Shown piece by piece: positions 26,117 through 32,000 of a DNA stretch of 32,000 nt. Source of the stretch: Vibrio alginolyticus NBRC 15630 = ATCC 17749 (GTDB lineage: Bacteria; Pseudomonadota; Gammaproteobacteria; Enterobacterales; Vibrionaceae). The stretch spans positions 2,190,001 to 2,222,000 of the forward strand of contig NC_022349.1 of assembly GCF_000354175.2 (NCBI RefSeq), read 5' to 3'. The position numbers and the translations under genes were made by a program. How positions within the stretch are numbered: the first letter of the stretch is position 1; the number at the start of each line of letters is the position of its first letter. The notes beneath the pieces are model-generated. The model was given only the letters and a program-made list of their open reading frames with translations, searched no databases and was not told the DNA's origin.

Positions 26117-27472
26117 TCAACATTGTGTTAGGAAGGTATCCTTGTGCCATTGGTAGAGAAAGATAACCCCTAAACCAATACCCCGCATCAACATAAAGCT
26201 CATCATTGCAAACCACAGCGCGTGATTTTCCCACTCGGCGAATAAGTAAAAGACAACGAAGAAACTGCTGGTCGCGACAAACATACTATTGCGCATGTCT
26301 TTGCCTTTGGTTGCACCGACAAAAATGCCATCCAATAGAAAGCACCACATCGACGCAAGTGGCATCACCACCAGCCAAGGTAGATACACCGCTGCTTGCT
26401 GTTGTACCACCTCAATTGAAGTGATCATGGCGATCAACTGCGATCCCGCCAAACCAAAGAGCGCGGTCAGTCCTAAGCAAATAACCAAACTCCAAAAGAA
26501 AGTGCCGACAAGCGATGCACTCAATTGTTGCCTATCTTTGGCACCAATCGCCTTCCCGACCATGGCCTCGATTGCGTAAGCAAAGCCATCCATGCCATAC
26601 GAGATAATCATCAGGAAGCTCATCAGAACCGCATTTGCAGCGACAACCTCATCACCAAAGCTCGCACCTTGGAACGTCATAAAGCTAAAAGCCGCTTGCA
26701 GACACAAAGAGCGCAAGAAAATATCGCGATTCAATTTCACGAAGCGCCCTAACCCATGCTGAGTGTCAGCAAGTAATTGCTTGGGTGACGGCAACTGACG
26801 TGCTTGCCATGTCTTCCACACGCAGACCAAACCAAACGCCATGCCTGAGTAATCAGCAATCACGGATGCAAGCGCAGCACCTTCAACTTTCCAACCTAAG
26901 CCCATCACAAATAACAAATCGAGAGCGATGTTGGTGACATTGGTGATGATCACCATCCACATTGGTGCTTTGGAATTTTGCGTTCCGAGCAGCCACCCCA
27001 ACAACACAAAATTCATTAGTGCTGCGGGGGCACTCCACACACGGATAGAGAAATATTGCATGCCGTAGTGTTTTACCTCTGCGCTGGCGTCACTCCAGCC
27101 AAAGATCAAATCAGCTATCGGGGTATGGGCAATAAGGAAGACTAACGCAAACAGCAGCGCCATAAGTGAGCCTTGCATAAACACCAAGGCAAGTTGCTTT
27201 CGGTCTTCACCCCCATAGGACTGCGCCGCCAACCCAGTAGTCGACATACGCAAAAAACCAAGCAGCCAAAACGTCACGCTGATCATGGTGCTGCCCAACG
27301 CAACACCACCCAAATACCAAGCGTGGTCTAGATGACCAATCACCGCAGCATCGACCAAACCGAGCAATGGAACAGTAATATTCGACAGCACCATAGGTAT
27401 CGCTAAAGCTAAGACTTGGCGATGAACTTTTGGGTTAGATAAAGGAGAGAAGATTGAATTTGTCACAGGCAC
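26117..27472 (-). CDS. dinF: MATE-family efflux protein DinF (DNA-damage-inducible protein F)
   Basis: 451 aa polytopic protein. LALAIPMVLSNITVPLLGLVDAAVIGHLD and LDGIFVGATKGKDMRNSM resemble E. coli DinF. It lies downstream of lexA. Confidence 0.88.
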   Translation of the reverse strand: MPVTNSIFSPLSNPKVHRQVLALAIPMVLSNITVPLLGLVDAAVIGHLDHAWYLGGVALGSTMISVTFWLLGFLRMSTTGLAAQSYGGEDRKQLALVFMQGSLMALLFALVFLIAHTPIADLIFGWSDASAEVKHYGMQYFSIRVWSAPAALMNFVLLGWLLGTQNSKAPMWMVIITNVTNIALDLLFVMGLGWKVEGAALASVIADYSGMAFGLVCVWKTWQARQLPSPKQLLADTQHGLGRFVKLNRDIFLRSLCLQAAFSFMTFQGASFGDEVVAANAVLMSFLMIISYGMDGFAYAIEAMVGKAIGAKDRQQLSASLVGTFFWSLVICLGLTALFGLAGSQLIAMITSIEVVQQQAAVYLPWLVVMPLASMWCFLLDGIFVGATKGKDMRNSMFVATSSFFVVFYLFAEWENHALWFAMMSFMLMRGIGLGVIFLYQWHKDTFLTQC

Positions 27473-27521
27473 CTCATCAGTAAGATCGACGAGTGTACCT
27501 GAGCGCTTAACGACTAGCCAA

Positions 27522-28322
27522 TTACCACTTGATGTGAACGAGGACTGGCGTGAGGCGATGCTTCAACATTGGAATCTTATTAAGCCAACGCTGCCAAGCT
27601 TTCCAACGAGAACAGAATCTATCGAATGGCGAGAAAGCTTTCACCCATTGTGCCCATGGTAACCATTGCAATATCTGTGCTGCAGGCGCTTCAAAGCCAT
27701 GAGCATAACGATCAGAGCCAAGCTTTTGCCCCCACTTGGTTTCCGTTAAATCTCCTGCCAGCACCATACACAGTTCAGCAGAAACAAAATGTCGACCCAA
27801 GGTTTGAATAAATTTCGCGACTTGGCGCTCTGTGCAATCGAGCAGTGCCATTTCACATAAAATGAGTACTGGTGCTTGCTCTGGAATGGCTAACGTCTCT
27901 AGCCACGACATTTCATCCACACTGCCACAGCGATGTTCATAGCGTTCATTTTTGTGGAACAAGCGCTGACGCCATACCAAATTTTCCGTCACATCCAACT
28001 CTATCCAATGGCAGCGTCCATTATCCAAACGATAAAAGCGGGTATCCAGCCCCGCTCCGACATTGATTATCCAAGCATCGGGATACTGCTGTAAGAAGTG
28101 ACTAACCTGCTGGTCACAAAGCTGAGTCAGCGTCACGTGCAGCAATTGCTTCTGCGCAATATCACCACTCAAACAGTCCGGCGCCATCTTACAGCTCAAA
28201 CACGCTTTAGCAGCTATCGGATCGTACACCAAGCCATTGTCGACCATGCTTTCACGGCTACGCAATAACAGTGGCTTTAATAAATGGTTAGGAACTTGAT
28301 GTTTAGACTGAGACATGGGCAT
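27522..28322 (-). CDS. Class I SAM-dependent methyltransferase (leucine carboxyl methyltransferase-like family)
   Basis: The motif INVGAGLDTRFYRL is present, followed by WIELD.. and an acidic loop. Candidate starts are the ATG at 28322 (MPMSQ) or 28316. The track start at 28376 adds an implausible hydrophobic leader. Confidence 0.7.
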   Translation of the reverse strand: MPMSQSKHQVPNHLLKPLLLRSRESMVDNGLVYDPIAAKACLSCKMAPDCLSGDIAQKQLLHVTLTQLCDQQVSHFLQQYPDAWIINVGAGLDTRFYRLDNGRCHWIELDVTENLVWRQRLFHKNERYEHRCGSVDEMSWLETLAIPEQAPVLILCEMALLDCTERQVAKFIQTLGRHFVSAELCMVLAGDLTETKWGQKLGSDRYAHGFEAPAAQILQWLPWAQWVKAFSPFDRFCSRWKAWQRWLNKIPMLKHRLTPVLVHIKW

Positions 28323-28444
28323 TTCCTGCGCCAGAGAGAAAACATAGACATTAATAAAGATGATAATGAATATCAATTACATTATCAAGCTTATAAATTG
28401 GTCAAAAAAACAAGGTTAAGATGATGAGCAAGCTTTTGGAGGAA

Positions 28445-28488
28445 GTAGAAAAAGAGAAAAGACAAAACAGCCCAGATCAACTGGGCTG
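28445..28488 (-). terminator. Hairpin terminator/attenuator after lexA
   Basis: The minus strand reads CAGCCCAG-TTGAT-CTGGGCTG, followed by TTTTGTCTTTTCTCTTTTT. Confidence 0.65.
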
Positions 28489-28499
28489 CTTAAATACAC

Positions 28500-29120
28500 T
28501 TACATCCAATCGGTATTACGAATAATACCAACGGCTAAACCTTCAATCGTAAGGTGCTGAGACGTTAAGTCCACTTGAATTGGGGCAAACTCTTCATTCT
28601 CAGCATGCAGTAATATGGTTGAACCTTTGCGCTCCAAACGCTTCACAGTCACATCATCATCAACACGCGCAACGACAACTTGACCGTCTCTCACGTCTTG
28701 GGTTTTATGCACCGCGAGCAAATCGCCATCCATAATCCCGATGTCTTTCATACTCTCGCCATTTACACGAAGTAAGAAATCCGCTTGCGGTTTGAACATC
28801 GCAGGATCGACTTGGTAGTGCGCCTCTACGTGCTCTTGAGCCAGAATTGGCTCACCCGCTGCAACTTGACCAATCAATGGCAAACCCTGCTCATCATTGG
28901 CTGCGTCTTCAAGCAGGATACGAATCCCACGAGAAGCGCCTGGAATAATTTCAATTGCTTGCTTACGAGCAAGCGCTTTTAGGTGTTCCTCTGCGGCATT
29001 CGCAGAGCGGAAGCCAAGCTCACGCGCAATCTCTGCACGAGTTGGTGGCATTCCGGTGTCATCGATTTTACTTTTAATCAAATCGAAGACTTGTTGTTGG
29101 CGTGGCGTTAACGGCTTCAT
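28500..29120 (-). CDS. lexA: SOS repressor LexA
   Basis: [53 protein letters not shown].., the cleavage-site region VAAGEP and the S24 peptidase domain (GESM..K) are all present. Confidence 0.95.
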   Translation of the reverse strand: MKPLTPRQQQVFDLIKSKIDDTGMPPTRAEIARELGFRSANAAEEHLKALARKQAIEIIPGASRGIRILLEDAANDEQGLPLIGQVAAGEPILAQEHVEAHYQVDPAMFKPQADFLLRVNGESMKDIGIMDGDLLAVHKTQDVRDGQVVVARVDDDVTVKRLERKGSTILLHAENEEFAPIQVDLTSQHLTIEGLAVGIIRNTDWM

Positions 29121-29127
29121 GTCTCAC

Positions 29128-29143
29128 CTGTCTTTTTATACAG
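29128..29143 (-). promoter_or_regulatory. SOS box (LexA operator), proximal
   Basis: The plus strand reads CTGTCTTTTTATACAG, which is CTGT-N8-ACAG. It lies 8 bp upstream of the lexA start. Confidence 0.8.
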
Positions 29144-29147
29144 TTAA

Positions 29148-29163
29148 CTGTGAGTATATCCAG
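29148..29163 (-). promoter_or_regulatory. SOS box (LexA operator), distal
   Basis: The plus strand reads CTGTGAGTATATCCAG, which is CTGT-N8-CCAG, one mismatch from consensus. Tandem boxes also occur at E. coli lexA. Confidence 0.7.
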
Positions 29164-29488
29164 TAAATGCTCAAATGAAAACCCAATTGGTTGTTTTTTA
29201 ATTTATTTGTGGAGAGCTTTCAGCTTACCGATTAAGTTCATTCTTTATTCGTTTAAAACACCGACTTTTCAGTTAATCAAGTCAAAGCAATAACTTAGGG
29301 GTTCGACTAATTTACAGCCAATAAAATTAAAAGGTTTGACCAGTTTCTGGTATCCTTGCAGCGCTTAAATTTTATCGCCTAGGCTTATTTCTATTGCCGT
29401 ACTCATCTCTTTTTATAGAGAAGACATGCAAAGCGGAAACTGAAATAAGGTTAGGCCTGTTTGAATACCTATTGAGGCTGTGAACTTT

Positions 29489-31915
29489 ATGTCTTCTGGA
29501 CAATCATTTTCACGTTCATTACTAAAACTACCTTTATCGGTACTGGTAAAGGGCACCACAATCCCGTCGAACCCGATTGAAGATCTGAACATCGACCTAA
29601 CTAAACCGATTGTATATGCCCTGCCGTTCCGCTCGAACGTGGATTTGCTGACACTGCAAAAACAAGCCATGAGCCTTGGTCTACCCGACCCGCTCAGCCC
29701 GCTGGAAATCAATGGCAAAACGCTGAACCGTTTCGTCTTTATCGCTGCGCGTCCAACTGTGATGAACAACGATAATGATGTCCCAACCGATTCTGTTTCT
29801 CTGTTCACTGACTTACTGGAACTGCACAAGCTGGATAGTGAGTTGGATGTTCAAATGATCCCTGCAACCGTGCTTTGGGGTCGTAAGCCAGGTAAAGAAG
29901 AGAACCAAAAGCCTTACCTTCAACCGATGAATGGTCCGCAAAAAGCCAAAGCAGTAATGGCGGCGGGACGCGACTGCTTAGTTCGCTTTAGTCCCGTGGT
30001 ATCTCTGCGTTATATGGCAGACTCTCACGGTACCGACAGCGCAATTGCGCACAAACTGGCTCGCGTGGCGCGTATCCACTTCTCACGCCAGAAACTGGCT
30101 GCTTCAGGCCCAAACCTGCCACAACGCCAAGTGTTGTTTGCTCGTTTACTAAAATCTCCAGCTATTGAACTGGCGATTGCTGACGAAGCCAAGATCAAAA
30201 ACATCTCGATTGATAAGGCACGTAAAGAAGCCCACGACATCATGGATGAAATCGCCGCCGACTTCTCCTACAGTCTAGTGAAAAACGGCGACCGCATCCT
30301 GAGTTGGTTATGGACAAAACTATACCAAGGTTTGCACATCAATAACGCCTCGACTGTGCGTCGTTTAGCGCAAGACGGCCACGAAATTGTGTACGTTCCT
30401 TGTCACCGTAGTCACATGGACTACCTGCTGTTGTCTTATGTTTTATACCATGAAGGCATGGTGCCTCCGCACATTGCGGCAGGCATTAACTTGAACTTCT
30501 TCCCGGCCGGTCCGCTTTTCCGTCGTGGTGGGGCGTTCTTTATTCGTCGTAGTTTTAAAGGCAACAAACTGTACTCAACCATTTTCCGTGAGTATCTAGC
30601 TGAGCTGTTTGCCAAAGGCTATTCAGTCGAGTACTTCAGTGAGGGTGGTCGTTCACGTACAGGTCGCTTACTGCAAGCGAAAACGGGTATGCTGGCTATG
30701 ACCATCCAAGCAATGCTACGTGGTTTAAACCGCCCAGTAACGCTAGTGCCGGTCTACATCGGCTACGAGCACGTAATGGAAGTGGGCACTTACGCGAAAG
30801 AGCTGCGTGGCAAACGCAAAGAGAAAGAAAACGCAGGGCTTGTACTGCGTACTCTGCGTAAACTGCGTAACTTTGGTTTGGGCTATGTGAACTTCGGTGA
30901 GCCAATTCAGCTCAACCAATACTTGAACGAGCATGCTCCTGAGTGGACGAAAGACATCGACAGCATGGGTGGTAACAAACCACAATGGATGAATCCTGTG
31001 GTCAACGACCTTGCTAATAAGATGATGACGCACATCAACGATGCGGCGGCGGCAAACGCGTTGACCTTGTGTGCAACCGCACTGCTTGCTTCTCGTCAAC
31101 GTGCACTTTCTCGTGACTCGCTGATCAATCAGATCGAGTGTTACTTAAAGCTACTCAAAAATAACCCGTACTCAAGCACCTCCACTATCCCTACCGAAAG
31201 TGCTGAGGAGTTGGTCGATCATGCAATTTCGCTTGATAAGTTCGTGATTGAAACCGATAGCATGGGTGACATCATTTCGCTGGACCGTAGCCAATCGATC
31301 CTGATGACTTACTATCGCAACAACATCATTCACTTGTTCGCTCTGCCGTCATTAATTGCCCAAATGCTCATTCGTCAGCGCAACCTTTCGGTAGCCAAGA
31401 TTCAAGCGAATGTCGCGCAAATCTACCCATTCTTGAAGAAAGAGCTGTTCTTAAGTTACCAAGAAGACGAGTTAGATGAATTGGTCGTTAAAACACTGCA
31501 TGAATTTGCCGATCAGAAAATGATTAGTCTTGATGGTGATAAGCTAGAGATCAATCAATCGAACAACCAGCCTTTGGTTCTGTTAGGTCGAACGATAACT
31601 GAAACGCTGCAACGCTACTCTATCGCGATGAACTTGCTTGTTGCTTACCCTGAACTCGGTAAATCGGACCTAGAGCAGAAGAGCCAAGATATTGCTCAGC
31701 GCCTAGGGCGTTTGCACGGTATTAATGCGCCAGAATTCTTCGATAAAGGTGTGTTTACCGCGATGTTCAATACGCTCAAACAGCAAAAATACCTCGATAA
31801 CGATGGTAACTGTGACACGAAGAAAACGCAGCAATTTGCACGACTACTGTTCACTCTGCTTTATCCAGAAGTGAAACTGACGATCGAAGAGAGTATTCAC
31901 CAACTTCGGTCGTAA
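29489..31915 (+). CDS. plsB: Glycerol-3-phosphate acyltransferase PlsB
   Basis: [22 protein letters not shown].., the acyltransferase HX4D motif ([15 protein letters not shown]) and [19 protein letters not shown] are present. I chose the ATG at 29489, after GAGG at 29474; the track start is a GTG at 29480. Confidence 0.93.
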   Translation: MSSGQSFSRSLLKLPLSVLVKGTTIPSNPIEDLNIDLTKPIVYALPFRSNVDLLTLQKQAMSLGLPDPLSPLEINGKTLNRFVFIAARPTVMNNDNDVPTDSVSLFTDLLELHKLDSELDVQMIPATVLWGRKPGKEENQKPYLQPMNGPQKAKAVMAAGRDCLVRFSPVVSLRYMADSHGTDSAIAHKLARVARIHFSRQKLAASGPNLPQRQVLFARLLKSPAIELAIADEAKIKNISIDKARKEAHDIMDEIAADFSYSLVKNGDRILSWLWTKLYQGLHINNASTVRRLAQDGHEIVYVPCHRSHMDYLLLSYVLYHEGMVPPHIAAGINLNFFPAGPLFRRGGAFFIRRSFKGNKLYSTIFREYLAELFAKGYSVEYFSEGGRSRTGRLLQAKTGMLAMTIQAMLRGLNRPVTLVPVYIGYEHVMEVGTYAKELRGKRKEKENAGLVLRTLRKLRNFGLGYVNFGEPIQLNQYLNEHAPEWTKDIDSMGGNKPQWMNPVVNDLANKMMTHINDAAAANALTLCATALLASRQRALSRDSLINQIECYLKLLKNNPYSSTSTIPTESAEELVDHAISLDKFVIETDSMGDIISLDRSQSILMTYYRNNIIHLFALPSLIAQMLIRQRNLSVAKIQANVAQIYPFLKKELFLSYQEDELDELVVKTLHEFADQKMISLDGDKLEINQSNNQPLVLLGRTITETLQRYSIAMNLLVAYPELGKSDLEQKSQDIAQRLGRLHGINAPEFFDKGVFTAMFNTLKQQKYLDNDGNCDTKKTQQFARLLFTLLYPEVKLTIEESIHQLRS

Positions 31916-31938
31916 CCGTTTTATCTTCTTTCAATAAG

Positions 31939-31967
31939 AAAAAGGCATCCAATCGGATGCCTTTTTC
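31939..31967 (+). terminator. Rho-independent terminator of plsB
   Basis: AAAAAGGCATCC-AATC-GGATGCCTTTTT. Confidence 0.8.
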
Positions 31968-32000
31968 TATTTCTTCGCTTACCAAAATGCGACCAGTAAC

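Noticed and set aside
26206-26752. Plus-strand ORFs inside dinF
   Set aside because: Antisense to a 451-aa MATE transporter frame.
28785-29293. Plus-strand ORFs overlapping lexA and the lexA-plsB intergenic region
   Set aside because: They are antisense to lexA or lie in AT-rich promoter DNA containing the SOS boxes.
29413-31099. Minus-strand ORFs overlapping plsB (29413..29829, 30025..30243, 30696..30905, 30743..31099)
   Set aside because: Antisense to plsB.
1-32000. Search for CRISPR arrays, tRNA/rRNA genes, IS elements or transposase genes
   Set aside because: I saw no regularly spaced repeats, cloverleaf-like or rRNA-like segments, or transposase-like ORFs with terminal inverted repeats. 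The only tandem repeat is the 12-bp TAEL unit in hsdS.

Overview
Vibrio-like gammaproteobacterial chromosome. This call rests on gene order and on protein similarity recalled from memory, since no searches were possible. Core genes are btuB (partial, with a cobalamin riboswitch) and trmA on the left. On the right are yijD-fabR, sthA, dinF, a SAM-methyltransferase, lexA (two SOS boxes) and plsB. Between trmA and yijD lies a ~20.4 kb P4/CP4-57-type integrative island (about 2857..23265) inserted into the 3' end of trmA. It is bounded by a perfect 17-bp direct repeat. It supplies a surrogate trmA 3' end and leaves the original trmA tail plus terminator at the far junction. Its backbone carries a P4-like integrase, AlpA, a YagK/YfjJ-like protein, a YfjP-like GTPase, a WYL regulator, a RadC-like gene and a paralogous pair of small proteins. 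Its cargo is a five-gene, translationally coupled type IC restriction-modification operon very close to EcoR124I/EcoprrI. That operon also carries a PrrC-like anticodon nuclease and a RhuM-family gene (hsdM-hsdS-prrC-rhuM-hsdR). The best candidates for undescribed biology are three. First, an 850-aa orphan (10431..12983) with long disordered linkers and three Zn-binding motifs, sitting next to the R-M/PrrC operon. Second, a visibly AT-rich 310-aa orphan with an RHH-like tail at the attL edge (3112..4044). Third, a 17-nt motif present three times upstream of three island transcription units. Two island genes carry in-frame TAA stops. No rRNA, tRNA, CRISPR array or IS element was seen. All family assignments come from reading the translations and need HMM/BLAST confirmation.
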